64,000 bases of DNA from Sphingobacteriia bacterium (GTDB taxonomy: Bacteria; Bacteroidota; Bacteroidia; Chitinophagales; Chitinophagaceae), in assembly GCA_037129425.1 (NCBI GenBank), contig JBAXUV010000010.1:25810-89809 (forward strand), read 5' to 3'. The notes under the pieces were generated by a model, which saw nothing but the letters and a program-made list of their open reading frames with translations, made no database searches and was not told where the DNA came from. Below, one piece after another: positions 10,750 to 21,228 of this stretch; the first letter of the stretch is position 1, and the number at the start of each line of letters is the position of its first letter. The position numbers were made by a program, and so were the translations under genes.

Positions 10750-10769
10750 ATTATTCCTTCGAGTCATGA

Positions 10770-10805
10770 TAAAAAACAAACCTGTTCAGCAAGCTAAACA
10801 GGTTT
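10770..10805 (-). terminator. intrinsic terminator after secY
   Basis: Stem aaacctgtt (10778-10786) pairs with aacaggttt (10797-10805). On the minus strand it is followed by gttttttat. Confidence 0.55.
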
Positions 10806-10828
10806 ATAAAGTTCGTAATTAATAATGA

Positions 10829-12175
10829 TTAAATAGAGGATGAAGAAACAGTCTGCCTACCTTGCACTCTTCCGCTCTTCATTAAACCATCGTATTGTCT
10901 CATTAATAAATATGTTTCTATTTGTTGTAATGTGTCTAATACAACACCTACCATAATTAAAAGTGATGTTCCACCAAAGAAAGAACTGAATCCTTGAGTT
11001 ACACCTAAACGCTGAGCAAAGCCTGGTAAAATACCCACCAATGCTAAAAATATAGCTCCTGGTAAAGTAATTCTATCCATGATAGCTCCAATATAATCAG
11101 CAGTTGGTTGACCAGGGCGAACACCAGGAATAAATCCGTTATTGCGCTTAAGGTCTTCTGCAATTTGCTTAGGATTAAATATCAATGCAGTGTATAAGAA
11201 AGTAAATCCAATCACCATCACTGAATAAATAACCATGTACCAAACGTTGCTATGATCATTGAAGATTTTTACAATACCCTGTGCAGAATCTAAATTGGTA
11301 AAAGATGCTAAAGTTGGCAAGAACATAATTGCTTGTGCAAAAATGATCGGCATTACACCAGCACTATTTACTTTAACGGGTAAGAATTGTCTTGCACCAC
11401 CAAATTGTTTGTTTCCGATAATTTGTTTGGCATAATTCACAGGAATTTTTCTTACTCCCTGAACCAAGATGATTAAACCCATGATAATGGTAACCAGGAT
11501 AGCAATTTCAATTAAGAAAATTAACAATCCACCGCCGCCACTAACACCTTTGGCACCAAATTCTTGAATAATTGATTGAGGTAAACGAGCTAAGATACCT
11601 ACCATGATAATAATAGAAGTACCATTTCCTAAACCTTTGTCTTGAATTCTTTCACCCAACCACATTACAAATAATGTACCTGCTGTTAAAGTAATTACAG
11701 TAGAAAACCAGAAATACGCTTTATACGCTGGTAAGATTGCTTCAGCATAACCTGGGCTATTCAAATAAGCAACATAAGCACCTGCCTGGAAAGCGGTAAC
11801 TATTACAGTAAGGTAACGAGTCCATTGATTGATTTTCTTACGGCCACTCTCTCCTTCTTTTTGTACTTTTTGTAATTGTGGTACCAAGATGGTCATCAAT
11901 TGCATAAAGATAGAAGCAGAAATATAGGGCATGATTCCAAGAGCAAGAATAGATGCTTGTGAAAAAGCACCTCCGGCAAACATATCAAAAATGCCTAAAA
12001 GACCATTACTTTTTGAAGCGGCCATGGCTGCTTCAATTTTGTTAGGATCAATACCAGGCAATACAATATGCGTACCTACTCTGTAAGTCAAAACCAAAGC
12101 AAGTGTTACGAGTATTTTATTACGCAACTCTTCGATGGTCCAAATATTCTTAAAAGTTTCAACTAATTTTTTCAC
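10829..12175 (-). CDS. secY: preprotein translocase subunit SecY
   Basis: 448 aa with 10-TM SecY architecture and conserved segments (GIMPYISASI, GGTSLLIMVGV). Confidence 0.97.
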   Translation of the reverse strand: MKKLVETFKNIWTIEELRNKILVTLALVLTYRVGTHIVLPGIDPNKIEAAMAASKSNGLLGIFDMFAGGAFSQASILALGIMPYISASIFMQLMTILVPQLQKVQKEGESGRKKINQWTRYLTVIVTAFQAGAYVAYLNSPGYAEAILPAYKAYFWFSTVITLTAGTLFVMWLGERIQDKGLGNGTSIIIMVGILARLPQSIIQEFGAKGVSGGGGLLIFLIEIAILVTIIMGLIILVQGVRKIPVNYAKQIIGNKQFGGARQFLPVKVNSAGVMPIIFAQAIMFLPTLASFTNLDSAQGIVKIFNDHSNVWYMVIYSVMVIGFTFLYTALIFNPKQIAEDLKRNNGFIPGVRPGQPTADYIGAIMDRITLPGAIFLALVGILPGFAQRLGVTQGFSSFFGGTSLLIMVGVVLDTLQQIETYLLMRQYDGLMKSGRVQGRQTVSSSSI

Positions 12176-12199
12176 TTCGCTTAATTATGGCATTAAAAC

Positions 12200-12233
12200 T
12201 TAAAAACCAAAAAGACGCATATCAAATGCGTCT
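12200..12233 (-). terminator. terminator-like hairpin between rplO and secY (possible attenuator)
   Basis: Stem agacgcat (12213-12220) pairs with atgcgtct (12226-12233). On the minus strand it is followed by ttttggttttt. Confidence 0.45.
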
Positions 12234-12250
12234 GGCAATTTACAGTAAAA

Positions 12251-12700
12251 TTATTTGATAATCTCTACTGAACCGCCTACAGCTTCTATAGCTGCTTTTG
12301 CTTTATCACTGATTGCATTGATTTTGAAGCTCAATTTAGCTTTCAATTCACCATGAGCCAATACTTTTACACGATCGGTTCTGTTGATCAAGCCATTGAT
12401 ATATAAGTTTTCTAAAGAAACTTCTGTAAATCCGTATTTTTCTACCAATTGATCCAATTGACCAAGGTTAAATACTTTATATTCTACGCGATTGATATTT
12501 TTAAATCCACGCTTAGGGATACGACGCTGAATAGGCATTTGACCACCTTCATGACCCATTTTGCTTTTATAACCTGCACGGCTTTGACCACCTTTGTTAC
12601 CTTTTGTAGATGTACCACCTTTACCAGATGCCTCACCTCTACCAATTCTGATTGCTTTTTTTACTGAACCTTCTGCAGGTTTTAAGTTGTGTAGTTTCAT
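12251..12700 (-). CDS. rplO: 50S ribosomal protein L15
   Basis: 149 aa with a Gly/Lys-rich N-terminus (GRGEASGKGGTSTKGNKGGQS) and the expected operon position. Confidence 0.97.
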   Translation of the reverse strand: MKLHNLKPAEGSVKKAIRIGRGEASGKGGTSTKGNKGGQSRAGYKSKMGHEGGQMPIQRRIPKRGFKNINRVEYKVFNLGQLDQLVEKYGFTEVSLENLYINGLINRTDRVKVLAHGELKAKLSFKINAISDKAKAAIEAVGGSVEIIK

Positions 12701-12767
12701 TTTATATTGATTTTGAACTTACGGGGTATCACCCCTCGCTGATTGAAAATTATGAATTATGAGTTAT

Positions 12768-12857
12768 GAATTAAGAGTTTTGAATTTTGTATTTAAAATA
12801 AGAATGAATAATTGTAGATAATCCAATTATTCATTCTTAATTCTTCTCTCTTAATTC
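12768..12857 (-). other. ~90-nt AU-rich extended hairpin in the rpmD-rplO spacer
   Basis: Perfect 15-bp inverted repeat aagaatgaataattg (12800-12814) with caattattcattctt (12824-12838). It is nested in a 10-bp outer stem, gaattaagag (12768-12777) with ctcttaattc (12848-12857). Confidence 0.6.
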
Positions 12858-12866
12858 CTAATTCTT

Positions 12867-13046
12867 TTAAGCTTCTTCAACTTTCACTAGATGGCTAACT
12901 TTATTCACCATTCCTAAAATTTGAGGAGTTGCTTCAACTTCTTTTGTTGCGTTTAATTTCTTCAAACCCAAGGCAATCAATGTTTGCTTTTGACGCTCAG
13001 ATCTGTCAATTCCGCTTTTTATTTGTGTGATCTTAATCTTTTTCAT
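12867..13046 (-). CDS. rpmD: 50S ribosomal protein L30
   Basis: Not in the track because it is 59 aa. My translation is [59 protein letters not shown]; it sits in the expected slot between rpsE and rplO. Confidence 0.9.
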   Translation of the reverse strand: MKKIKITQIKSGIDRSERQKQTLIALGLKKLNATKEVEATPQILGMVNKVSHLVKVEEA

Positions 13047-13145
13047 ACCCTAAACCCAAAAGGGTTATTTAGTTTTATTATGAATTATCCTAATTCCTCC
13101 GTTAGAGCCTGTCCCGACTTGTCGGGAGGGTTAGGGGGTGGTTTA

Positions 13146-13667
13146 TTACCCGTTAAATACTTTACTCAATTTGATGCTTCTACCTTTTGCAACTTGTACA
13201 GGCTCTCTTAACAAACTCAAAGCTTTGATTGTAGCTTTAACCACATTGTGTGGGTTAGCAGAACCTAAACTTTTTGCTAATACGTCAGTAACACCAGCGC
13301 TTTCTAATACAGAACGCATGCTACCTCCTGCGATTACACCCGCTCCATGTGCAGCTGGCTTAATCAATACTTTTGCAGCACCTTCTTTTGCCCACTGTTC
13401 GTGAGGAATAGTTCCGTGCATGATCGGCACTTTTACTAAATTTTTCTTAGCATCTTCAATACCTTTTGCAATTGCTTCTTGTACTTCTTTTGCTTTTCCT
13501 AAACCTTGGCCAACTACACCATTTTCATTTCCTACAACTACAAGTGCAGAAAAGCTAAATGTACGTCCACCTTTTGTGGTTTTAACCACACGGTTAATAG
13601 CAACTACTTTATCTTTAAGTTCGATGTCGCCACCCGCTTTTACTTTATTTACGCTTACTTTAGACAT
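13146..13667 (-). CDS. rpsE: 30S ribosomal protein S5
   Basis: 173 aa; conserved [17 protein letters not shown] motif. Confidence 0.97.
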   Translation of the reverse strand: MSKVSVNKVKAGGDIELKDKVVAINRVVKTTKGGRTFSFSALVVVGNENGVVGQGLGKAKEVQEAIAKGIEDAKKNLVKVPIMHGTIPHEQWAKEGAAKVLIKPAAHGAGVIAGGSMRSVLESAGVTDVLAKSLGSANPHNVVKATIKALSLLREPVQVAKGRSIKLSKVFNG

Positions 13668-13696
13668 TTATTGAGCGATTAATTGTTGTTAGCAAA

Positions 13697-14047
13697 TTAA
13701 AATTGTAATCCACCTTCTCTTGCACCATCTGCAACAGATTTCACACGACCGTGATATAAGTTTCCACCTCTATCAAATACACAACCACTTAAGCCTAAGG
13801 CAAGTGCTTTTGTTGCAACTGCTGCACCTACTAATTTAGATTTCTCTGTTTTAGTAATTTTTTGCGCAGCAATATCTTTGTCTCTAGAAGATGCAGCTAC
13901 CAATGTAACTCCATTATCATCATCAATTAATTGAGCATAGATATCTGCATTGCTTCTGTATACCGCTAGGCGAGGCTTAACAGCTGTACCTACTACTTTC
14001 TTACGAATGCGGTATCTGATTTTCTGCCTTTGAATTAATTTACCCAT
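13697..14047 (-). CDS. rplR: 50S ribosomal protein L18
   Basis: 116 aa; [16 protein letters not shown] and FDRGG..YHGRVK motifs. Confidence 0.97.
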   Translation of the reverse strand: MGKLIQRQKIRYRIRKKVVGTAVKPRLAVYRSNADIYAQLIDDDNGVTLVAASSRDKDIAAQKITKTEKSKLVGAAVATKALALGLSGCVFDRGGNLYHGRVKSVADGAREGGLQF

Positions 14048-14096
14048 TGTTGTTTTATTTGTAACCTCCGATTCGGCCGGAAGTTTGTTTTATTAT

Positions 14097-14651
14097 TTAT
14101 TTACCTGCTGCTTTACCTGCTTTTCTTCTTAAGATTTCACCAGCGTATTTAACACCTTTTCCTTTGTATGGTTCAGGTTTACGTAAGCTGCGTAATTTAG
14201 CTGCTACCTGGCCGATCAATTGCTTGTCGATTCCTTCTAAAAAGATCTTAGGGTTCTGCCCTTTTTCAGTAGTAGTTGATACTTTCAATTCACTAGGAAT
14301 TTCAAAAATGATATTATGAGAATATCCTAATGAAAGATCCAAGATATTTCCAGTATTAGCGGCTTTATAACCTACCCCTACTAATTCTAATTCTTTTGTA
14401 TATCCTTCAGTTACACCTTTAACCATATTGCTCACCAATGAACGGTATAAACCATGCATTGCGCGGTGACGAATTTGATCGGTTGGACGTACAAAAGTCA
14501 TTTGACCATCCGCTATTTCTACTTTGATATCTCTATCAATTGCTTCTTTTAATACACCTTTAGGTCCTTTAACCGTAACAACATTGTCGTTGCCGATTGA
14601 AAGGGTAACTCCATTTGGAATAATTACCGGTTGTTTACCTATACGAGACAT
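14097..14651 (-). CDS. rplF: 50S ribosomal protein L6
   Basis: 184 aa; MSRIGKQPV start and PEPYKGKGV motif. Confidence 0.97.
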   Translation of the reverse strand: MSRIGKQPVIIPNGVTLSIGNDNVVTVKGPKGVLKEAIDRDIKVEIADGQMTFVRPTDQIRHRAMHGLYRSLVSNMVKGVTEGYTKELELVGVGYKAANTGNILDLSLGYSHNIIFEIPSELKVSTTTEKGQNPKIFLEGIDKQLIGQVAAKLRSLRKPEPYKGKGVKYAGEILRRKAGKAAGK

Positions 14652-14729
14652 AGTCGATTTTTTATTTTATGATGAACTTAGCTCTGTGTTCAGCCACGAC
14701 TAAGAGGCTTAATTGTCAGAACCATTAAT

Positions 14730-15128
14730 TTATGAAATATAACACAACACTTCACCACCCACATTCTGCGCTTTTGCTTGCTTATCAGTAAGCACTCCTT
14801 TTGAAGTACTTAAAATAGCTACACCTAATCCATTGATTACACGCTTAATTTCTGCAGGCTTAGCATACTGGCGTAAACCAGGACGGCTAACTCTTTCCAA
14901 AGAACGGATAGCAGGCACTTTTGTATTAGGATCGTATTTCAAAGCGATCTTAATCAACCCTTGCTTGTTATCATCTTCGAATTTGTATTTCAAGATATAA
15001 CCTTGATCATACAAAATCTCTGTTAAACGCTTCTTCAAATTAGAAGCAGGAATTTCAACCAGTCTATGACCAGCCAACTGAGCATTACGAATTCTAGTTA
15101 AGAAGTCTGCTATAGGATCAGTTACCAT
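14730..15128 (-). CDS. rpsH: 30S ribosomal protein S8
   Basis: 132 aa; DPIADFLTRIRNA start and GGEVLCY end. Confidence 0.97.
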   Translation of the reverse strand: MVTDPIADFLTRIRNAQLAGHRLVEIPASNLKKRLTEILYDQGYILKYKFEDDNKQGLIKIALKYDPNTKVPAIRSLERVSRPGLRQYAKPAEIKRVINGLGVAILSTSKGVLTDKQAKAQNVGGEVLCYIS

Positions 15129-15175
15129 ATTATTATTATTATACTAGTTCTAAATTTTGTTTACCAAACTGGATA

Positions 15176-15445
15176 CTACCAGCTTGCTTTTTTAACACCT
15201 GGAATCATACCGTTCAAAGCCATGTCGCGGAACATAATCCTAGACAAACCGAAGTAACGCATATAACCTTTAGGTCTTCCTGTAAGCTGACAACGGTTTT
15301 TTAAACGAACCGGTGAAGCGTTTTTAGGTAGTTGATCTAAACCAGCGTAATCTCCTGCTGCTTTAAGAGCTGCACGCTTTTCAGCATACTGAGCTACCAT
15401 TTTTTCGCGCTTTCTTTGTCTGGCTTTTACTGATTCTTTTGCCAT
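15176..15445 (-). CDS. rpsN: 30S ribosomal protein S14 (long, non-zinc form)
   Basis: 89 aa; C-terminal [21 protein letters not shown]. Confidence 0.97.
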   Translation of the reverse strand: MAKESVKARQRKREKMVAQYAEKRAALKAAGDYAGLDQLPKNASPVRLKNRCQLTGRPKGYMRYFGLSRIMFRDMALNGMIPGVKKASW

Positions 15446-15464
15446 AATTTTATTGGGTGTTTAA

Positions 15465-16034
15465 TTAATCTTTCTTGGTTCCTTTGAACGGCATTCCCAA
15501 TTCTTTAAGCAATTCATATGCTTCTTCATTGGTATTCGCACTTGTTACAAATGTGATATCTAATCCAGTGATCTTATTTACTTTATCGATATCGATTTCA
15601 GGGAAAATGATTTGTTCAGTAACACCTAAAGTGTAATTACCTCTTCCGTCAAAAGCTTTATCGCTGATCCCTTTGAAGTCACGTACACGTGGCAACGCAA
15701 CAGAAACCAATCTGTCTAGGAATTCATACATTTTTTCTCCTCTTAAAGTTACGCGAGCACCAATTGGCATTCCCTTACGTAATTTAAAGTTTGAAATATC
15801 TTTTTTAGACATTGTAGGAACTGCTTTTTGACCAGTGATGGTGTTTAACTCATCAACAGCAATATCTACTAATTTTTTATCTGTTACCGCTCCGTTAACA
15901 CCACGGTTAATACAGATTTTTGATAATTTAGGAGCTTGCATTACAGTTTTGTAAGAAAACTTCTTCATTAAAGCAGGTACAACTTCTTTGGTGTACTTAG
16001 TTGCTAATCTTGGTGTATATTTTTCAGTACTCAT
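15465..16034 (-). CDS. rplE: 50S ribosomal protein L5
   Basis: 189 aa with conserved L5 blocks. Its start overlaps the rplX stop by 1 nt (TAATG). Confidence 0.97.
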   Translation of the reverse strand: MSTEKYTPRLATKYTKEVVPALMKKFSYKTVMQAPKLSKICINRGVNGAVTDKKLVDIAVDELNTITGQKAVPTMSKKDISNFKLRKGMPIGARVTLRGEKMYEFLDRLVSVALPRVRDFKGISDKAFDGRGNYTLGVTEQIIFPEIDIDKVNKITGLDITFVTSANTNEEAYELLKELGMPFKGTKKD

Positions 16035-16372
16035 TATTTGATTACCTCCCCAGATTTTTTAGATATACGTATTAATTTACCAGTTTCACGAGTGCGCTTA
16101 ACTTTAGTTGGTTCACTTGTTTTAGCATCCCATAACATCACATTACTAATGTTAATTGGCGCTTCAACTTTAACGATACCACCTTTGGTATTTTGAGCCG
16201 ACGGTTTTGTGTGCTTAGTAACAATGTTCACTCCTTCAACCACTACACGACCTTTATCTAGAATTACTTCCAACACTTTCCTTGGCTTTTTCAAATCCTT
16301 ATCATCTCCAGTAATTACCACTACGGTATCACCTTTTTTGATGCTGAATTTGGCTTTAAATCTTGTACTCAT
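16034..16372 (-). CDS. rplX: 50S ribosomal protein L24
   Basis: 112 aa; [17 protein letters not shown] motif. Confidence 0.97.
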   Translation of the reverse strand: MSTRFKAKFSIKKGDTVVVITGDDKDLKKPRKVLEVILDKGRVVVEGVNIVTKHTKPSAQNTKGGIVKVEAPINISNVMLWDAKTSEPTKVKRTRETGKLIRISKKSGEVIK

Positions 16373-16394
16373 TTTATTTAGCTTTTAGCTTTTT

Positions 16395-16763
16395 TTATAA
16401 TACTTCAGGAGCAAGAGAAATAATCTTCATGTATCCTTTATCACGTAATTCTCTTGCTACTGGTCCGAATATACGTGTGCCGCGCGGCTCATCTGATGTG
16501 TTTAACAACACTACAGCGTTGTCGTCGAAACGAATGTAAGAACCATCTTTTCTGCGAAGCTTGTTTTTAGTACGAACAATAACTGCTTTAGAAACTGTTC
16601 CTTTTTTAACGCCTCCTGCAGGGATAGCATCTTTCACGGTTACAACAATCTTATCGCCAATTTTAGCATAGTCCTGTCCGCTGTTACCAAGTACTTTAAT
16701 ACAAAGTACTTCTTTAGCTCCGCTGTTGTCGGCTACGTTTAATCTGCTCTCTTGCTGAATCAT
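16395..16763 (-). CDS. rplN: 50S ribosomal protein L14
   Basis: 122 aa; [17 protein letters not shown] start. Confidence 0.98.
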   Translation of the reverse strand: MIQQESRLNVADNSGAKEVLCIKVLGNSGQDYAKIGDKIVVTVKDAIPAGGVKKGTVSKAVIVRTKNKLRRKDGSYIRFDDNAVVLLNTSDEPRGTRIFGPVARELRDKGYMKIISLAPEVL

Positions 16764-16837
16764 TTTATTTAATTTGAAAATTTTTAAATTTCAGATTTGA
16801 TTTTTTATAAATCTCAAACCTCAAATCAGAAATATAT

Positions 16838-17095
16838 TTATTTCGCTTTTTCAACTACTTCAACCAATCTCCAACGCTTTGTTTTACTAAGCGGACGAGT
16901 TTCCATGATCTTTACTACATCACCAATCGTACACTCTCCTTTTTCATCATGAGCATGGAACTTGGTAGTTTTCTTTACGAACTTACCATAGATAGGGTGT
17001 TTTACTTTTCTTTCAACCGCAACAGTAATGGTTTTATCCATCTTATCGCTGGTAACGATCCCTGTTCTTGTTTTACGCAAATTTCTTTCTTCCAT
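16838..17095 (-). CDS. rpsQ: 30S ribosomal protein S17
   Basis: 85 aa; [14 protein letters not shown] and HPIYGK motifs. Confidence 0.97.
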   Translation of the reverse strand: MEERNLRKTRTGIVTSDKMDKTITVAVERKVKHPIYGKFVKKTTKFHAHDEKGECTIGDVVKIMETRPLSKTKRWRLVEVVEKAK

Positions 17096-17112
17096 TGTTT
17101 TTAATTTATGGT

Positions 17113-17328
17113 TTAAACACCCATTTCTTTTTTGGTCAATTCCGTTTTTAAACGGGCGATATCTCTACGAAGACCGCGAATATTCATTGGATTTTCCAAT
17201 GGAGAAATTGCGTGAGCAAACTCCAATTTTTTTAATCTCAACTGATCTTCTTGGATCTTAGCCTTAAGATCTACAACTGTAAGATCTTTTAGGTTTTTGT
17301 TGAATTCGTATGTTTTTTTATTAGCCAT
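17113..17328 (-). CDS. rpmC: 50S ribosomal protein L29
   Basis: 71 aa in the expected operon position, with a helical L29 pattern. Confidence 0.93.
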   Translation of the reverse strand: MANKKTYEFNKNLKDLTVVDLKAKIQEDQLRLKKLEFAHAISPLENPMNIRGLRRDIARLKTELTKKEMGV

Positions 17329-17346
17329 TGCAATTTCTTTTTTTGG

Positions 17347-17766
17347 TTATGCTTGCAAATCTCTTCTGATTACAAATTTTGTTGCGATAGGCAGTTTTTG
17401 TGCTGCTAATCCCATCGCTTCTTTTGCTACAGCTTCTGTAACACCGTCACATTCGAAAATGATGCGTCCTGGTTCAACTACTGCTGCCCAAAACTCAGGG
17501 TTACCCTTACCTTTACCCATCCTCACTTCTGCAGGTTTACGAGTAATGATTTTATCAGGGAAAATTCTGATCCATACATTTCCTTCACGCTTCATTGCAC
17601 GAGTCATTGCCTGACGAGCAGACTCGATCTGACGGTTAGTTAACCAAATTGGTTCTAATGCTTTTAAGGCAAAAGATCCGAATGATATTGCTGTACCGCG
17701 CTTTGCAACTTCGCGAATGCGTCCTTTTTGTTGCTTCCTATGTTTACTTCTTTTCGGCTGTAACAT
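17347..17766 (-). CDS. rplP: 50S ribosomal protein L16
   Basis: 139 aa; [16 protein letters not shown] start. Confidence 0.98.
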   Translation of the reverse strand: MLQPKRSKHRKQQKGRIREVAKRGTAISFGSFALKALEPIWLTNRQIESARQAMTRAMKREGNVWIRIFPDKIITRKPAEVRMGKGKGNPEFWAAVVEPGRIIFECDGVTEAVAKEAMGLAAQKLPIATKFVIRRDLQA

Positions 17767-17822
17767 TTTGTAGTTTTTTTGTCACCGGAAATTTTATTCC
17801 GATTAATTGAAACTTATTATTA

Positions 17823-18602
17823 TTAATTTCTGCGCTCTCCGCCTCTTCCACCACCTCTTCTGTCATCTCTTCTATCGCCACCTTGTCTTCTATCATCTCC
17901 TCCAGGTCTGCTGTCTCTTCTATCACTCATGTCGTTCTTTCCACCGACAAAATTTGGATTCAATTCACGCTTTCCAAGTACTTCACCTTTACAGATCCAT
18001 ACTTTGATACCGATTTTACCGTATACCGTTTGAGCAAATACATTGGCATAATCAATATCCATACGGAAAGTATGTAATGGAGTACGTCCTTGTTTAAACT
18101 CTTCACTACGAGCAATTTCAGATCCACCTAAACGACCACTCAATTTTACTTTGATACCTTCTGCACCCATACGAAGTGTAGAAGCGATCGCCATCTTAGT
18201 AGCACGTTTAAAGTTGATACGGTTCTCAATTTGACGAGCAATTGTATCACCTACAATTGTTGCATCAAGTTCAGGTCTACGGATCTCCAGAATATTAATC
18301 TGAACATCTTCCTTACCGGTTAACTTCTTCAATTCTTCTTTGATACGATCAACCTCGTTACCACCTTTTCCGATGATGATACCTGGTTTAGAAGTATGAA
18401 TAGTTACAATCAATTTACCTAGTGTACGCTCGATTACAATCTTTGCGATACCACCTTTGTTGATACGGGCACTCAAGTAGGTACGGATCTTATGATCTTC
18501 GATCAGTTTGGATGCATAGTCTTTCTTACTACCATACCAGTTACTGTCCCATCCGCGGATGATGCCTAACCTGTTACCAATTGGATTTGCTTTCTGACCC
18601 AT
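17823..18602 (-). CDS. rpsC: 30S ribosomal protein S3 with Arg/Gly/Asp-rich C-terminal tail
   Basis: 259 aa with [13 protein letters not shown] start and KH domain. The last ~37 aa are [37 protein letters not shown]. Confidence 0.97.
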   Translation of the reverse strand: MGQKANPIGNRLGIIRGWDSNWYGSKKDYASKLIEDHKIRTYLSARINKGGIAKIVIERTLGKLIVTIHTSKPGIIIGKGGNEVDRIKEELKKLTGKEDVQINILEIRRPELDATIVGDTIARQIENRINFKRATKMAIASTLRMGAEGIKVKLSGRLGGSEIARSEEFKQGRTPLHTFRMDIDYANVFAQTVYGKIGIKVWICKGEVLGKRELNPNFVGGKNDMSDRRDSRPGGDDRRQGGDRRDDRRGGGRGGERRN

Positions 18603-18614
18603 ATAATGGTTTTA

Positions 18615-18962
18615 CTAATTAGTTTTAGAATCTACGATTAATGTTACATGGTTGCTGCGCTTACGTACTCTGTAACCACGGCCTTGAGGTGCTGGGCGCA
18701 TACGCTTTAACACTCTGCCACCATCTACAAATACGGTTTTAACCACCAAGCTGCTATCGGCAGCACTTGCCCCATTGTTTTTCTGTTCCCAGTTGCTGAT
18801 TGCACTTTTCAACAGTTTTGCCAATGGAGTGGCATTGTGCTGTGGGTGGAATTCTAGAATTGCCAAGGCTTTTTCTACTTCCATTCCACGGATCACATCG
18901 GCTAACAGGCGCATCTTACGCGGCCCTGTCGGATAATTGTTCAGTTTAGCTACTGCTTCCAT
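18615..18962 (-). CDS. rplV: 50S ribosomal protein L22
   Basis: 115 aa; [13 protein letters not shown] motif. Confidence 0.96.
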   Translation of the reverse strand: MEAVAKLNNYPTGPRKMRLLADVIRGMEVEKALAILEFHPQHNATPLAKLLKSAISNWEQKNNGASAADSSLVVKTVFVDGGRVLKRMRPAPQGRGYRVRKRSNHVTLIVDSKTN

Positions 18963-19041
18963 TTCTTTTTTTGTTTGAAGTTTGAACTGTTATTGATTGG
19001 TAGAAATTAATTTCCTTGATCAATAGTCAATCCTAACTATA

Positions 19042-19311
19042 TTATTTTTTAGTTCCTGCGTGTCCTCTGAAATTTCTGGTAGGAGAAAATTCACCTAATT
19101 TATGACCTACCATGAATTCTGTTACATAAACAGGGATAAACTTGTTACCGTTGTGCACTGCAAAAGTATGTCCAACAAAATCAGGAGTAATAGTGCTGCG
19201 GCGACTCCAGGTTTTGATAACATTCTTCTTCACCTTGCCATCGTTTATTGCAACAATCTTACCTTCTAAGTTTGCGTCTACGTAAGGACCTTTTTTAATC
19301 GAACGACCCAT
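19042..19311 (-). CDS. rpsS: 30S ribosomal protein S19
   Basis: 89 aa; [11 protein letters not shown] and [10 protein letters not shown] motifs. Confidence 0.98.
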   Translation of the reverse strand: MGRSIKKGPYVDANLEGKIVAINDGKVKKNVIKTWSRRSTITPDFVGHTFAVHNGNKFIPVYVTEFMVGHKLGEFSPTRNFRGHAGTKK

Positions 19312-19357
19312 AATTAATTTTGTTTACTGGTCTATTATTTATTTAGTTACCTGCTAA

Positions 19358-20197
19358 TTACTTAGCCAATTTTTTTCCGTCTCTGCGTTGGATAATTAAT
19401 TTATCGCTTCCTTTTCCTTTGGTTCTTGTCTTCTCACCTTTAGCATACTTACCAGTTCTGCTACGAGGATGACCACCAGAAGCTTTACCTTCACCACCAC
19501 CCATCGGATGATCTACAGGGTTCATGGCAACACCACGAACACGAGGGCGAATACCTTTCCAACGATTCTTTCCAGCTTTACCAGCAGTTTCCAAGTTATG
19601 ATCACTGTTAGATACAACACCAACGGTTGCATAACAATTGATCAATACTTTTCTCAACTCACCAGAAGGCATTTTTAATACTGCGTATTTTTCTTCTTTG
19701 TTGGCTAATTGAGCAGAAGTACCTGCACTTCTAACCATTTTACCACCTTGTCCTGGTTGTAATTCTATGTTGTGAATCATAGTACCCAAAGGCATATTCT
19801 TCATCACCAAAGCGTTACCAATTTCAGGAGCAACTTCATCTCCAGCGATTACATTAGCACCTACTTGAAGACCGTTTGGAGCAATGATGTATCTTTTTTC
19901 GCCATCAGCATATTGCAACAAAGCAATAAAAGATGTACGGTTAGGATCGTATTCAATTGATACTACTGTTGCAGCGATATCTCTTTTGTTACGTTTGAAA
20001 TCGATAATACGATAGTGTTGCTTATTTCCACCACCCATGTAGCGCATTACACGACGACCTTGGAAGTTACGTCCTGCAGTGTTCTTCTGTGGTTCTAACA
20101 AACTCTTTTCAGGCTTATTAGTAGTGATTTCAGCATAAGCATTACCAATTCTCCAACGAGTTCCTGCTGTGATTGGTTTGTACTTTTTTAGTGCCAT
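19358..20197 (-). CDS. rplB: 50S ribosomal protein L2
   Basis: 279 aa; [16 protein letters not shown] motif. Confidence 0.98.
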   Translation of the reverse strand: MALKKYKPITAGTRWRIGNAYAEITTNKPEKSLLEPQKNTAGRNFQGRRVMRYMGGGNKQHYRIIDFKRNKRDIAATVVSIEYDPNRTSFIALLQYADGEKRYIIAPNGLQVGANVIAGDEVAPEIGNALVMKNMPLGTMIHNIELQPGQGGKMVRSAGTSAQLANKEEKYAVLKMPSGELRKVLINCYATVGVVSNSDHNLETAGKAGKNRWKGIRPRVRGVAMNPVDHPMGGGEGKASGGHPRSRTGKYAKGEKTRTKGKGSDKLIIQRRDGKKLAK

Positions 20198-20241
20198 TTT
20201 TATTTTGTTTAATGCGGACTTTTCAGCTCCGCGGCTATATA

Positions 20242-20541
20242 TTAAATATTTGCGTAAAGATCAATTGTTTCTCCTTCAGCAACTGTTACAAATGCTTTCT
20301 TGTAAGCAGATTTCATTCCTTGAATAAAACCAGCTTTTGTATAACGAGCTTTGTTTTTTCCTGGAGCAACTGCGGTATTAACATCAATTACATTCACACC
20401 ATAGAAATCTTCAATTGCTTTTTTGATCTCTAATTTATTTGCTCTACGGTCAACTTTAAAAGCATATCTTCTCAACGATTCTTGCTGAGCATTTGCTTTT
20501 TCTGTTAAGATCGGCTTTATTAAAATTTCTGACTGTCTCAT
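20242..20541 (-). CDS. rplW: 50S ribosomal protein L23
   Basis: 99 aa in the expected operon position; [11 protein letters not shown] motif. Confidence 0.95.
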   Translation of the reverse strand: MRQSEILIKPILTEKANAQQESLRRYAFKVDRRANKLEIKKAIEDFYGVNVIDVNTAVAPGKNKARYTKAGFIQGMKSAYKKAFVTVAEGETIDLYANI

Positions 20542-20567
20542 TGTTAATTATTGAAACGTTACTTAAA

Positions 20568-21206
20568 TTATGCTACTGCTGCTGCTTCATCTTCTGCGAA
20601 GATTTTAGCAGTATTTTCTGTTATAACTAATACATCTGCATTCATAATGTCATAAGTATTAATGTCGGCTAATAAAGTACTAGCAACATTTGGAACATTA
20701 CGTGTGCTGAGGTAAAGATTATCATTGTATTCAGGTAAAACAATCAATGCTTTTTTATCAGACACTTTTAAGTTACCCATCACTTCAACCAATTGCTTGG
20801 TTTTAGGTGCTGCCATAGTAATTTCTTCAACAACAATGATTGCATTGTCTTTTGCTTTATGACTCAAAGCAGAAATTTTAGCAAGATCTTTTACTTTACG
20901 ATTCAATTTGAAATCGTAAGAGTGTGGTTTTGGTCCAAAAATAGTACCACCACCTTTATACAAAGGGTTACGGATATTACCCTTACGAGCTCCACCAGTA
21001 CCTTTTTGCTTATGTAATTTGCGGCTAGCACCTTGTACTTCAGCACGCGTTTTTACTTTATGTGTTCCTGTTCTACGTGCAGCTAAGTATTGCTTTACAG
21101 CTAAATAAATTACGTGGTCATTTGGTTCGATACCAAAAATTTCCTGCGGTAACTCAACTGTTCTGCCGGTTTTTTGTCCTTTTATATCTAATACATCTAC
21201 TTGCAT
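20568..21206 (-). CDS. rplD: 50S ribosomal protein L4
   Basis: The track ORF is 214 aa, ending at 21212. The likely start is the third codon (MQVDVLDIKG..). KQKGTGGAR motif present. Confidence 0.95.
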   Translation of the reverse strand: MQVDVLDIKGQKTGRTVELPQEIFGIEPNDHVIYLAVKQYLAARRTGTHKVKTRAEVQGASRKLHKQKGTGGARKGNIRNPLYKGGGTIFGPKPHSYDFKLNRKVKDLAKISALSHKAKDNAIIVVEEITMAAPKTKQLVEVMGNLKVSDKKALIVLPEYNDNLYLSTRNVPNVASTLLADINTYDIMNADVLVITENTAKIFAEDEAAAVA

Positions 21207-21228
21207 GATCATTCTTTTAAACTGGTGA

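Noticed and set aside
12741-12790. Short AT-rich 7-mer reiterations (tatgaat/tatgagt/tatgaat/taagagt) that might be read as a micro-repeat array
   Set aside because: Only 3-4 imperfect units, with no spacer/repeat architecture. This is not a CRISPR array, and no such array occurs anywhere in the window.
17744-17926. 60-aa acidic ORF ([15 protein letters not shown]..) overlapping the S3 tail
   Set aside because: It overlaps the Arg/Gly-rich rpsC tail out of frame on the same strand, and its acidic repeats simply mirror the repetitive codons there. It also runs across the rpsC stop toward the rplP start.
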